From the NCBI GenBank assembly GCA_964057225.1, contig OZ059900.1:15066001-15130000 (forward strand): DNA of 64,000 nt, given 5' to 3'. This DNA is from Auanema rhodensis (taxonomy: Eukaryota > Animalia > Nematoda). The translations under genes and the position numbers were made by a program. The notes under the pieces were generated by a model. That model saw nothing but the letters and a program-made list of their open reading frames with translations. It had not been told where the DNA came from and made no database searches. Each line of letters opens with the position of its first letter. Within the stretch, counting starts at the first letter, position 1. Positions 38,201 to 53,200 of the stretch are shown piece by piece.

Positions 38201-41200
38201 ATGAAATCGTAAGTCAAAACCTTGTTTACAGCGAAATTTCCAAAAACTGGTTTTCCAGCATAATAAAATATTTCTCATGGGAAATACTGTGTTTTTGTAT
38301 TTTTCTAGTGTTCAGCATGTAAAATGCTTCATTTTAGTATGTAACACGCTGAAATTCGTTGCATTTGACGACTCATATGAACAAAAATCGATTTAATCAA
38401 TATTAGCCATAAGGGGCGTGCCCTCAGAATATGCTAATTCCCTTAATTTTCTAACCCCTGTTTTTTTGTCGTGAAAGTGGAACTAGACGTTGTACGAACA
38501 ATTTTGAGCTAGGTTTCATTGACATTGCATGAGTTTGAACACATGAAATCGTAAGTCAAAACCTTGTTTACAGCGAAATTTCCAAAAACTGGTTTTCCAG
38601 CATAATAAAATATTTCTCATGGGAAATACTGTGTTTTTGTATTTTTCTAGTGTTCAGCATGTAAAATACTTCATTTTAGTATGTAACACGCTGAAATTCG
38701 TTGCATTTGACGACTCATATGAACAAAAATCGATTTAATCAATATTAGCCATAAGGGGCGTGCCCTCAGAATATGCTAATTTCCTTAATTTTCTAACCCC
38801 TGTTTTTTTGTCGTGAAAGTGGAACTAGACGTTGTACGAACAATTTTGAGCTAGGTTTCATTGACATTGCATGAGTTTGAACACATGAAATCGTAAGTCA
38901 AAACCTTGTTTACAGCGAAATTTCCAAAAACTGGTTTTCCAGCATAATAAAATATTTCTCATGGGAAATACTGTGTTTTTGTATTTTTCTAGTGTTCAGC
39001 ATGTAAAATGCTTCATTTTAGTATGTAACACGCTGAAATTCGTTGCATTTGACGACTCATATGAACAAAAATCGATTTAATCAATATTAGCCATAAGGGG
39101 CGTGCCCTCAGAATATGCTAATTCCCTTAATTTTCTAACCCCTGTTTTTTCGTCGTGAAAGTGGAACTAGACGTTGTACAATCAATTTTGAGCTAGGTTT
39201 CATTGACATTGCATGAGTTTGAACACATGAAATCGTAAGTCAAAACCTTGTTTACAGCGAAATTTCCAAAAACTGGTTTTCCAACATATTAAAATATTTC
39301 TCATGGGAAATACTGTGTTTTTGTATTTTTCTAGTGTTCAGCATGTAAAATGCTTCATTTTAGTATGTAACACGCTGAAATTCGTTGCATTTGACGACTC
39401 ATATGAACAAAAATCGATTTAATCAATATTAGCCATAAGGGGCGTGCCCTCAGAATATGCTAATTCCCTTAATTTTCTAACCCCTGTTTTTTTGTCGTGA
39501 AAGTGGGACTAGACGTTGTACGAACAATTTTGAGCTAGGTTTCATTGACATTGCATGAGTTTGAACACATGAAATCGTAAGTCAAAACCTTGTTTACAGC
39601 GAAATTTCCAAAAACTGGTTTTCCAGCATAATAAAATATTTCTCATGGGAAATACTGTGTTTTTGTATTTTTCTAGTGTTTAGCATGTAAAATGCTTCAT
39701 TTTAGTATGTAACACGCTGAAATTCGTTGCATTTGACGACTCATATGAACAAAAATCGATTTAATCAATATTAGCCATAAGGGGCGTGCCCTCAGAATAT
39801 GCTAATTTCCTTAATTTTCTAACCTCTGTTTTTTTGTCGTGAAAGTGGGACTAGACGTTGTACGAACAATTTTGAGCTAGGTTTCATTGACATTGCATGA
39901 GTTTGAACACATGAAATCGTAAGTCAAAACCTTGTTTACAGCGAAATTTCCAAAAACTGGTTTTCCAACATATTAAAATATTTCTCATGGGAAATACTGT
40001 GTTTTTGTATTTTTCTAGTGTTCAGCATGTGAAATGCTTCATTTTAGTATGTAACACGCTGAAATTCGTTGCATTTGACGACTCATATGAACAAAAATCG
40101 ATTTAATCAATATTAGCCATAAGGGGCGTGCCCTCAGAATATGCTAATTCCCTTAATTTTCTAACCCCTGTTTTTTTGTCGTGAAAGTGGGACTAGACGT
40201 TGTACGAACAATTTTGAGCTAGGTTTCATTGACATTGCATGAGTTTGAACACATGAAATCGTAAGTCAAAACCTTGTTTACAGCGAAATTTCCAAAAACT
40301 GGTTTTCCAGCATAATAAAATATTTCTCATGGGAAATACTGTGTTTTTGTATTTTTCTAGTGTTCAGCATGTAAAATGCTTCATTTTAGTATGTAACACG
40401 CTGAAATTCGTTGCATTTGACGACTCATATGAACAAAAATCGATTTAATCAATATTAGCCATAAGGGGCGTGCCCTCAGAATATGCTAATTCCCTTAATT
40501 TTCTAACCCCTGTTTTTTTGTCGTGAAAGTGGAACTAGACGTTGTACGAACAATTTTGAGCTAGGTTTCATTGACATTGCATGAGTTTGAACACATGAAA
40601 TCGTAAGTCAAAACCTTGTTTACAGCGAAATTTCCAAAAACTGGTTTTCCAGCATAATAAAATATTTCTCATGGGAAATACTGTGTTTTTGTATTTTTCT
40701 AGTGTTCAGCATGTAAAATGCTTCATTTTAGTATGTAACACGCTGAAATTCGTTGCATTTGACGACTCATATGAACAAAAATCGATTTAATCAATATTAG
40801 CCATAAGGGGCGTGCCCTCAGAATATGCTAATTTCCTTAATTTTCTAACCCCTGTTTTTTTGTCGTGAAAGTGGAACTAGACGTTGTACGAACAATTTTG
40901 AGCTAGGTTTCATTGACATTGCATGAGTTTGAACACATGAAATCGTAAGTCAAAACCTTGTTTACAGCGAAATTTCCAAAAACTGGTTTTCCAGCATAAT
41001 AAAATATTTCTCATGGGAAATACTGTGTTTTTGTATTTTTCTAGTGTTCAGCATGTAAAATGGTTCATTTTAGTATGTAACACGCTGAAATTCGTTGCAT
41101 TTGACGACTCATATGAACAAAAATCGATTTAATCAATATTAGCCATAAGGGGCGTGCCCTCAGAATATGCTAATTTCCTTAATTTTCTAACCCCTGTTTT

Positions 41201-44200
41201 TTGGCCGTGAAAGTGGGACTAGACGTTGTAAAAACAATTTTGAGCTAGGTTTTATTGACATTGCATGAGTTTGAACACATGAAATCGTAAGTCAAAACCT
41301 TGTTTACAGCGAAATTTCCAAAAACTGGTTTTCCAGCATAATAAAATATTTCTCATGGGAAATACTGTGTTTTTGTATTTTTCTAGTGTTCAGCATGTAA
41401 AATGCTTCATTTTAGTATGTAACACGCTGAAATTCGTTGCATTTGACGACTCATATGAACAAAAATCGATTTAATCAATATTAGCCATAAGGGGCGTGCC
41501 CTCAGAATATGCTAATTTCCTTAATTTTCTAACCCCTGTTTTTTTGTCGTGAAAGTGGGACTAGACGTTGTACGAACAATTTTGAGCTAGGTTTCATTGA
41601 CATTGCATGAGTTTGAACACATGAAATCGTAAGTCAAAACCTTGTTTACAGCGAAATTTCCAAAAACTGGTTTTCCAGCATAATAAAATATTTCTCATGG
41701 GAAATACTGTGTTTTTGTATTTTTCTAGTGTTCAGCATGTAAAATGCTTCATTTTAGTATGTAACACGCTGAAATTCGTTGCATTTGACGACTCATATGA
41801 ACAAAAATCGATTTAATCAATATTAGCCATAAGGGGCGTGCCCTCAGAATATGCTAATTTCCTTAATTTTCTAACCCCTGTTTTTTTGTCGTGAAAGTGG
41901 GACTAGACGTTGTACGAACAATTTTGAGCTAGGTTTCATTGACATTGCATGAGTTTGAACACATGAAATCGTAAGTCAAAACCTTGTTTACAGCGAAATT
42001 TCCAAAAACTGGTTTTCCAGCATAATAAAATATTTCTCATGGGAAATACTGTGTTTTTGTATTTTTCTAGTGTTCAGCATGTAAAATGCTTCATTTTAGT
42101 ATGTAACACGCTGAAATTCGTTGCATTTGACGACTCATATGAACAAAAATCGATTTAATCAATATTAGCCATAAGGGGCGTGCCCTCAGAATATGCTAAT
42201 TTCCTTAATTTTCTAACCCCTGTTTTTTTGTCGTGAAAGTGGGACTAGACGTTGTACGAACAATTTTGAGCTAGGTTTCATTGACATTGCATGAGTTTGA
42301 ACACATGAAATCGTAAGTCAAAACCTTGTTTACAGCGAAATTTCCAAAAACTGGTTTTCCAGCATAATAAAATATTTCTCATGGGAAATACTGTGTTTTT
42401 GTATTTTTCTAGTGTTCAGCATGTAAAATGCTTCATTTTAGTATGTAACACGCTGAAATTCGTTGCATTTGACGACTCATATGAACAAAAATCGATTTAA
42501 TCAATATTAGCCATAAGGGGCGTGCCCTCAGAATATGCTAATTTCCTTAATTTTCTAACCCCTGTTTTTTTGTCGTGAAAGTGGGACTAGACGTTGTACG
42601 AACAATTTTGAGCTAGGTTTCATTGACATTGCATGAGTTTGAACACATGAAATCGTAAGTCAAAACCTTGTTTACAGCGAAATTTCCAAAAACTGGTTTT
42701 CCAGCATAATAAAATATTTCTCATGGGAAATACTGTGTTTTTGTATTTTTCTAGTGTTCAGCATGTAAAATGCTTCATTTTAGTATGTAACACGCTGAAA
42801 TTCGTTGCATTTGACGACTCATATGAACAAAAATCGATTTAATCAATATTAGCCATAAGGGGCGTGCCCTCAGAATATGCTAATTCCCTTAATTTTCTAA
42901 CCCCTGTTTTTTTGTCGTGAAAGTGGAACTAGACGTTGTACAAACAATTTTGAGCTAGGTTTCATTGACATTGCATGAGTTTGAACACATGAAATCGTAA
43001 GTCAAAACCTTGTTTACAGCGAAATTTCCAAAAACTGGTTTTCCAGCATAATAAAATATTTCTCATGGGAAATACTGTGTTTTTGTATTTTTCTAGTGTT
43101 CAGCATGTAAAATGCTTCATTTTAGTATGTAACACGCTGAAATTCGTTGCATTTGACGACTCATATGAACAAAAATCGATTTAATCAATATTAGCCATAA
43201 GGGGCGTGCCCTCAGAATATGCTAATTTCCTTAATTTTCTAACCCCTGTTTTTTTGTCGTGAAAGTGGAACTAGACGTTGTACGAACAATTTTGAGCTAG
43301 GTTTCATTGACATTGCATGAGTTTGAACACATGAAATCGTAAGTCAAAACCTTATTTACAGCGAAATTTCCAAAAACTGGTTTTCCAGCATAATAAAATA
43401 TTTCTCATGGGAAATACTTTGTTTTTGTATTTTTCTAGTGTTCAGCATGTAAAATGGTTCATTTTAGTGTATGTTACACGCTGAAATTCGTTGCATTTGA
43501 CGACTCATATGAACAAAAATCGATTTAATCAATATTAGCCATAAGGGGCGTGCCCTCAGAATATGCTAATTTCCTTAATTTTTTAACCCCTGTTTTTTTG
43601 TCGTGAAAGTGGAACTAGACGTTGTACGAACAATTTTGAGCTAGGTTTCATTGACATTGCATGAGTTTGAACACATGAAATCGTAAGTCAAAACCTTGTT
43701 TACAGCGAAATTTCCAAAAACTGGTTTTCCAGCATAATAAAATATTTCTCATGGGAAATACTGTGTTTTTGTATTTTTCTAGTGTTCAGCATGTAAAATG
43801 CTTCATTTTAGTATGTAACACGCTGAAATTCGTTGCATTTGACGACTCATATGAACAAAAATCGATTTAATCAATATTAGCCATAAGGGGCGTGCCCTCA
43901 GAATATGCTAATTTCCTTAATTTTCTAACCCCTGTTTTTTGTCGTGAAAGTGGAACTAGACGTTGTACGAACAATTTTGAGCTAGGTTTCATTGACATTG
44001 CATGAGTTTGAACACATGAAATCGTAAGTCAAAACCTAGTTTACAGCGAAATTTCCAAAAACTGGTTTTCCAGCATAATAAAATATTTCTCATGGGAAAT
44101 ACTGTGTTTTTGTATTTTTCTAGTGTTCAGCATGTGAAATGCTTCATTTTAGTATGTAACACGCTGAAATTCGTTGCATTTGACGACTCATATGAACAAA

Positions 44201-47200
44201 AATCGATTTAATCAATATTAGCCATAAGGGGCGTGCCCTCAGAATATGCTAATTTCCTTAATTTTCTAACCCCTGTTTTTTGTCGTGAAAGTGGAACTAG
44301 ACGTTGTACAAACAATTTTGAGCTAGGTTTTATTGACATTGCATGAGTTTGAACACATGAAATCGTAAGTCAAAACCTTGTTTAGAGCGAAATTTCCAAA
44401 AACTGGTTTTCCAGCATAATAAAATATTTCTCATGGGAAATACTGTGTTTTTGTATTTTTCTAGTGTTCAGCATGTAAAATGCTTCATTTTAGTATGTAA
44501 CACGCTGAAATTCGTTGCATTTGACGACTCATATGAACAAAAATCGATTTAATCAATATTAGCCATAAGGGGCGTGCCCTCAGAATATGCTAATTTCCTT
44601 AATTTTCTAACCCCTGTTTTTTTGTCGTGAAAGTGGAACTAGACGTTGTACGAACAATTTTGAGCTAGGTTTCATTGACATTGCATGAGTTTGAACACAT
44701 GAAATCGTAAGTCAAAACCTTGTTTACAGCGAAATTTCCAAAAACTGGTTTTCCAGCATAATAAAATATTTCTCATGGGAAATACTGTGTTTTTGTATTT
44801 TTCTAGTGTTCAGCATGTAAAATGCTTCATTTTAGTATGTAACACGCTGAAATTCGTTGCATTTGACGACTCATATGAACAAAAATCGATTTAATCAATA
44901 TTAGCCATAAGGGGCGTGCCCTCAGAATATGCTAATTCCCTTAATTTTCTAACCCCTGTTTTTTTGTCGTGAAAGTGGAACTAGACGTTGTACAATCAAT
45001 TTTGAGCTAGGTTTCATTGACATTGCATGAGTTTGAACACATGAAATCGTAAGTCAAAACCTTGTTTACAGCGAAATTTCCAAAAACTGGTTTTCCAGCA
45101 TAATAAAATATTTCTCATGGGAAATACTGTGTTTTTGTATTTTTCTAGTGTTCAGCATGTAAAATGCTTCATTTTAGTATGTAACACGCTGAAATTCGTT
45201 GCATTTGACGACTCATATGAACAAAAATCGATTTAATCAATATTAGCCATAAGGGGCGTGCCCTCAGAATATGCTAATTCCCTTAATTTTCTAACCCCTG
45301 TTTTTTTGTCGTGAAAGTGGAACTAGACGTTGTACAATCAATTTTGAGCTAGGTTTCATTGACATTGCATGAGTTTGAACACATGAAATCGTAAGTCAAA
45401 ACCTTGTTTACAGCGAAATTTCCAAAAACTGGTTTTCCAGCATATTAAAATATTTCTCATGGGAAATACTGTGTTTTTGTATTTTTCTAGTGTTCAGCAT
45501 GTAAAATGCTTCATTTTAGTATGTAACACGCTGAAATTCGTTGCATTTGACGACTCATATGAACAAAAATCGATTTAATCAATATTAGCCATAAGGGGCG
45601 TGCCCTCAGAATATGCTAATTTCCTTAATTTTCTAACCCCTGTTTTTTGTCGTGAAAGTGGAACTAGACGTTGTACGAACAATTTTGAGCTAGGTTTCAT
45701 TGACATTGCATGAGTTTGAACACATGAAATCGTAAGTCAAAACCTAGTTTACAGCGAAATTTCCAAAAACTGGTTTTCCAGCATAATAAAATATTTCTCA
45801 TGGGAAATACTGTGTTTTTGTATTTTTCTAGTGTTCAGCATGTGAAATGCTTCATTTTAGTATGTAACACGCTGAAATTCGTTGCATTTGACGACTCATA
45901 TGAACAAAAATCGATTTAATCAATATTAGCCATAAGGGGCGTGCCCTCAGAATATGCTAATTTTCTTAATTTTCTAACCCCTGTTTTTTGTCGTGAAAGT
46001 GGAACTAGACGTTGTACAAACAATTTTGAGCTAGGTTTTATTGACATTGCATGAGTTTGAACACATGAAATCGTAAGTCAAAACCTTGTTTAGAGCGAAA
46101 TTTCCAAAAACTGGTTTTCCAGCATAATAAAATATTTCTCATGGGAAATACTGTGTTTTTGTATTTTTCTAGTGTTCAGCATGTAAAATGCTTCATTTTA
46201 GTATGTAACACGCTGAAATTCGTTGCATTTGACGACTCATATGAACAAAAATCGATTTAATCAATATTAGCCATAAGGGGCGTGCCCTCAGAATATGCTA
46301 ATTTCCTTAATTTTCTAACCCCTGTTTTTTTGTCGTGAAAGTGGAACTAGACGTTGTACGAACAATTTTGAGCTAGGTTTCATTGACATTGCATGAGTTT
46401 GAACACATGAAATCGTAAGTCAAAACCTTGTTTACAGCGAAATTTCCAAAAACTGGTTTTCCAGCATAATAAAATATTTCTCATGGGAAATACTGTGTTT
46501 TTGTATTTTTCTAGTGTTCAGCATGTAAAATGCTTCATTTTAGTATGTAACACGCTGAAATTCGTTGCATTTGACGACTCATATGAACAAAAATCGATTT
46601 AATCAATATTAGCCATAAGGGGCGTGCCCTCAGAATATGCTAATTCCCTTAATTTTCTAACCCCTGTTTTTTTGTCGTGAAAGTGGAACTAGACGTTGTA
46701 CAATCAATTTTGAGCTAGGTTTCATTGACATTGCATGAGTTTGAACACATGAAATCGTAAGTCAAAACCTTGTTTACAGCGAAATTTCCAAAAACTGGTT
46801 TTCCAGCATATTAAAATATTTCTCATGGGAAATACTGTGTTTTTGTATTTTTCTAGTGTTCAGCATGTAAAATGCTTCATTTTAGTATGTAACACGCTGA
46901 AATTCGTTGCATTTGACGACTCATATGAACAAAAATCGATTTAATCAATATTAGCCATAAGGGGCGTGCCCTCAGAATATGCTAATTCCCTTAATTTTCT
47001 AACCCCTGTTTTTTTGTCGTGAAAGTGGGACTAGACGTTGTACGAACAATTTTGAGCTAGGTTTCATTGACATTGCATGAGTTTGAACACATGAAATCGT
47101 AAGTCAAAACCTTGTTTACAGCGAAATTTCCAAAAACTGGTTTTCCAGCATAATAAAATATTTTTCATGGGAAATACTGTGTTTTTGTATTTTTCTAGTG

Positions 47201-50200
47201 TTCAGCATGTAAAATACTTCATTTTAGTATGTAACACGCTGAAATTCGTTGCATTTGACGACTCATATGAACAAAAATCGATTTAATCAATATTAGCCAT
47301 AAGGGGCGTGCCCTCAGAATATGCTAATTTCCTTAATTTTCTAACCTCTGTTTTTTTGTCGTGAAAGTGGGACTAGACGTTGTACGAACAATTTTGAGCT
47401 AGGTTTCATTGACATTGCATGAGTTTGAACACATGAAATCGTAAGTCAAAACCTTGTTTACAGCGAAATTTCCAAAAACTGGTTTTCCAGCATAATAAAA
47501 TATTTCTCATGGGAAATACTGTGTTTTTGTATTTTTCTAGTGTTCAGCATGTGAAATGCTTCATTTTAGTATGTAACACGCTGAAATTCGTTGCATTTGA
47601 CGACTCATATGAACAAAAATCGATTTAATCAATATTAGCCATAAGGGGCGTGCCCTCAGAATATGCTAATTCCCTTAATTTTCTAACCCCTGTTTTTTTG
47701 TCGTGAAAGTGGAACTAGACGTTGTACGAACAATTTTGAGCTAGGTTTCATTGACATTGCATGAGTTTGAACACATTAAATCGTAAGTCAAAACCTTGTT
47801 TACAGCGAAATTTCCAAAAACTGGTTTTCCAGCATAATAAAATATTTCTCATGGGAAATACTGTGTTTTTGTATTTTTCTAGTGTTCAGCATGTAAAATG
47901 CTTCATTTTAGTATGTAACACGCTGAAATTCGTTGCATTTGACGACTCATATGAACAAAAATCGATTTAATCAATATTAGCCATAAGGGGCGTGCCCTCA
48001 GAATATGCTAATTTCCTTAATTTTCTAACCCCTGTTTTTTTGTCGTGAAAGTGGGACTAGACGTTGTACGAACAATTTTGAGCTAGGTTTCATTGACATT
48101 GCATGAGTTTGAACACATGAAATCGTAAGTCAAAACCTTGTTTACAGCGAAATTTCCAAAAACTGGTTTTCCAGCATAATAAAATATTTCTCATGGGAAA
48201 TACTGTGTTTTTGTATTTTTCTAGTGTTCAGCATGTAAAATGCTTCATTTTAGTATGTAACACGCTGAAATTCGTTGCATTTGACGACTCATATGAACAA
48301 AAATCGATTTAATCAATATTAGCCATAAGGGGCGTGCCCTCAGAATATGCTAATTTCCTTAATTTTCTAACCCCTGTTTTTTTGTCGTGAAAGTGGAACT
48401 AGACGTTGTACGAACAATTTTGAGCTAGGTTTCATTGACATTGCATGAGTTTGAACACATGAAATCGTAAGTCAAAACCTTGTTTACAGCGAAATTTCCA
48501 AAAACTGGTTTTCCAGCATAATAAAATATTTCTCATGGGAAATACTGTGTTTTTGTATTTTTCTAGTGTTCAGCATGTAAAATGCTTCATTTTAGTATGT
48601 AACACGCTGAAATTCGTTGCATTTGACGACTCATATGAACAAAAATCGATTTAATCAATATTAGCCATAAGGGGCGTGCCCTCAGAATATGCTAATTTCC
48701 TTAATTTTCTAACCGCTGTTTTTTGGCCGTGAAAGTGGGACTAGACGTTGTACAAACAATTTTGAGCTAGGTTTTATTGACATTGCATGAGTTTGAACAC
48801 ATGAAATCGTAAGTCAAAACCTTGTTTACAGCGAAATTTCCAAAAACTGGTTTTCCAGCATAATAAAATATTTCTCATGGGAAATACTGTGTTTTTGTAT
48901 TTTTCTAGTGTTCAGCATGTAAAATGCTTCATTTTAGTATGTAACACGCTGAAATTCGTTGCATTTGACGACTCATATGAACAAAAATCGATTTAATCAA
49001 TATTAGCCATAAGGGGCGTGCCCTCAGAATATGCTAATTTCCTTAATTTTCTAACCCCTGTTTTTTTGTCGTGAAAGTGGGACTAGACGTTGTACGAACA
49101 ATTTTGAGCTAGGTTTCATTGACATTGCATGAGTTTGAACACATGAAATCGTAAGTCAAAACCTTGTTTACAGCGAAATTTCCAAAAACTGGTTTTCCAG
49201 CATAATAAAATATTTCTCATGGGAAATACTGTGTTTTTGTATTTTTCTAGTGTTCAGCATGTAAAATGCTTCATTTTAGTATGTAACACGCTGAAATTCG
49301 TTGCATTTGACGACTCATATGAACAAAAATCGATTTAATCAATATTAGCCATAAGGGGCGTGCCCTCAGAATATGCTAATTCCCTTAATTTTCTAACCCC
49401 TGTTTTTTTGTCGTGAAAGTGGGACTAGACGTTGTACGAACAATTTTGAGCTAGGTTTCATTGACATTGCATGAGTTTGAACACATGAAATCGTAAGTCA
49501 AAACCTTGTTTACAGCGAAATTTCCAAAAACTGGTTTTCCAGCATAATAAAATATTTCTCATGGGAAATACTGTGTTTTTGTATTTTTCTAGTGTTCAGC
49601 ATGTAAAATGCTTCATTTTAGTATGTAACACGCTGAAATTCGTTGCATTTGACGACTCATATGAACAAAAATCGATTTAATCAATATTAGCCATAAGGGG
49701 CGTGCCCTCAGAATATGCTAATTTCCTTAATTTTCTAACCCCTGTTTTTTTGTCGGGAAAGTGGGACTAGACGTTGTACGAACAATTTTGAGCTAGGTTT
49801 CATTGACATTGCATGAGTTTGAACACATGAAATCGTAAGTCAAAACCTTGTTTACAGCGAAATTTCCAAAAACTGGTTTTCCAGCATAATAAAATATTTC
49901 TCATGGGAAATACTGTGTTTTTGTATTTTTCTAGTGTTCAGCATGTAAAATGCTTCATTTTAGTATGTAACACGCTGAAATTCGTTGCATTTGACGACTC
50001 ATATGAACAAAAATCGATTTAATCAATATTAGCCATAAGGGGCGTGCCCTCAGAATATGCTAATTTCCTTAATTTTCTAACCCCTGTTTTTTGGCCGTGA
50101 AAGTGGGACTAGACGTTGTACAAACAATTTTGAGCTAGGTTTTATTGACATTGCATGAGTTTGAACACATGAAATCGTAAGTCAAAACCTTGTTTACAGC

Positions 50201-53200
50201 GAAATTTCCAAAAACTGGTTTTCCAGCATAATAAAATATTTCTCATGGGAAATACTGTGTTTTTGTATTTTTCAAGTGTTCAGCATGTAAAATGCTTCAT
50301 TTTAGTATGTAACACGCTGAAATTCGTTGCATTTGACGACTCATATGAACAAAAATCGATTTAATCAATATTAGCCATAAGGGGCGTGCCCTCAGAATAT
50401 GCTAATTTCCTTAATTTTCTAACCCCTGTTTTTTTGTCGTGAAAGTGGGACTAGACGTTGTACGAACAATTTTGAGCTAGGTTTCATTGACATTGCATGA
50501 GTTTGAACACATGAAATCGTAAGTCAAAACCTTGTTTACAGCGAAATTTCCAAAAACTGGTTTTCCAGCATAATAAAATATTTCTCATGGGAAATACTGT
50601 GTTTTTGTATTTTTCTAGTGTTCAGCATGTAAAATGCTTCATTTTAGTATGTAACACGCTGAAATTCGTTGCATTTGACGACTCATATGAACAAAAATCG
50701 ATTTAATCAATATTAGCCATAAGGGGCGTGCCCTCAGAATATGCTAATTCCCTTAATTTTCTAACCCCTGTTTTTTTGTCGTGAAAGTGGAACTAGACGT
50801 TGTACAAACAATTTTGAGCTAGGTTTCATTGACATTGCATGAGTTTGAACACATGAAATCGTAAGTCAAAACCTTGTTTACAGCGAAATTTCCAAAAACT
50901 GGTTTTCCAGCATAATAAAATATTTCTCATGGGAAATACTGTGTTTTTGTATTTTTCTAGTGTTCAGCATGTAAAATGCTTCATTTTAGTATGTAACACG
51001 CTGAAATTCGTTGCATTTGACGACTCATATGAACAAAAATCGATTTAATCAATATTAGCCATAAGGGGCGTGCCCTCAGAATATGCTAATTTCCTTAATT
51101 TTCTAACCCCTGTTTTTTTGTCGTGAAAGTGGAACTAGACGTTGTACGAACAATTTTGAGCTAGGTTTCATTGACATTGCATGAGTTTGAACACATGAAA
51201 TCGTAAGTCAAAACCTTATTTACAGCGAAATTTCCAAAAACTGGTTTTCCAGCATAATAAAATATTTCTCATGGGAAATACTTTGTTTTTGTATTTTTCT
51301 AGTGTTCAGCATGTAAAATGGTTCATTTTAGTGTATGTTACACGCTGAAATTCGTTGCATTTGACGACTCATATGAACAAAAATCGATTTAATCAATATT
51401 AGCCATAAGGGGCGTGCCCTCAGAATATGCTAATTTCCTTAATTTTTTAACCCCTGTTTTTTTGTCGTGAAAGTGGAACTAGACGTTGTACGAACAATTT
51501 TGAGCTAGGTTTCATTGACATTGCATGAGTTTGAACACATGAAATCGTAAGTCAAAACCTTGTTTACAGCGAAATTTCCAAAAACTGGTTTTCCAGCATA
51601 ATAAAATATTTCTCATGGGAAATACTGTGTTTTTGTATTTTTCTAGTGTTCAGCATGTAAAATGGTTCATTTTAGTGTATGTTACACGCTGAAATTCGTT
51701 GCATTTGACGACTCATATGAACAAAAATCGATTTAATCAATATTAGCCATAAGGGGCGTGCCCTCAGAATATGCTAATTTCCTTAATTTTTTAACCCCTG
51801 TTTTTTTGTCGTGAAAGTGGAACTAGACGTTGTACGAACAATTTTGAGCTAGGTTTCATTGACATTGCATGAGTTTGAACACATGAAATCGTAAGTCAAA
51901 ACCTTGTTTACAGCGAAATTTCCAAAAACTGGTTTTCCAGCATAATAAAATATTTCTCATGGGAAATACTGTGTTTTTGTATTTTTCTAGTGTGCAGCAT
52001 GTAAAATGCTTCATTTTAGTATGTAACACGCTGAAATTCGTTGCATTTGACGACTCATATGAACAAAAATCGATTTAATCAATATTAGCCATAAGGGGCG
52101 TGCCCTCAGAATATGCTAATTTCCTTAATTTTCTAACCCCTGTTTTTTGTCGTGAAAGTGGAACTAGACGTTGTACGAACAATTTTGAGCTAGGTTTCAT
52201 TGACATTGCATGAGTTTGAACACATGAAATCGTAAGTCAAAACCTAGTTTACAGCGAAATTTCCAAAAACTGGTTTTCCAGCATAATAAAATATTTCTCA
52301 TGGGAAATACTGTGTTTTTGTATTTTTCTAGTGTTCAGCATGTGAAATGCTTCATTTTAGTATGTAACACGCTGAAATTCGTTGCATTTGACGACTCATA
52401 TGAACAAAAATCGATTTAATCAATATTAGCCATAAGGGGCGTGCCCTCAGAATATGCTAATTTCCTTAATTTTCTAACCCCTGTTTTTTGTCGTGAAAGT
52501 GGAACTAGACGTTGTACAAACAATTTTGAGCTAGGTTTTATTGACATTGCATGAGTTTGAACACATGAAATCGTAAGTCAAAACCTTGTTTAGAGCGAAA
52601 TTTCCAAAAACTGGTTTTCCAGCATAATAAAATATTTCTCATGGGAAATACTGTGTTTTTGTATTTTTCTAGTGTTCAGCATGTAAAATGCTTCATTTTA
52701 GTATGTAACACGCTGAAATTCGTTGCATTTGACGACTCATATGAACAAAAATCGATTTAATCAATATTAGCCATAAGGGGCGTGCCCTCAGAATATGCTA
52801 ATTTTCTTAATTTTCTAACCCCTGTTTTTTTGTCGTGAAAGTGGAACTAGACGTTGTACGAACAATTTTGAGCTAGGTTTCATTGACATTGCATGAGTTT
52901 GAACACATGAAATCGTAAGTCAAAACCTTGTTTACAGCGAAATTTCCAAAAACTGGTTTTCCAGCATAATAAAATATTTCTCATGGGAAATACTGTGTTT
53001 TTGTATTTTTCTAGTGTTCAGCATGTAAAATGCTTCATTTTAGTATGTAACACGCTGAAATTCGTTGCATTTGACTACTCATATGAACAAAAATCGATTT
53101 AATCAATATTAGCCATAAGGGGCGTGCCCTCAGAATATGCTAATTTCCTTAATTTTCTAACCCCTGTTTTTTTGTCGTGAAAGTGGAACTAGACGTTGTA

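Noticed and set aside
47761-47970. 69-aa plus-strand ORF in the satellite
   Set aside because: It is created by a single G>T at 47777 (TGA to TTA) in one monomer; the other copies I checked have the stop.
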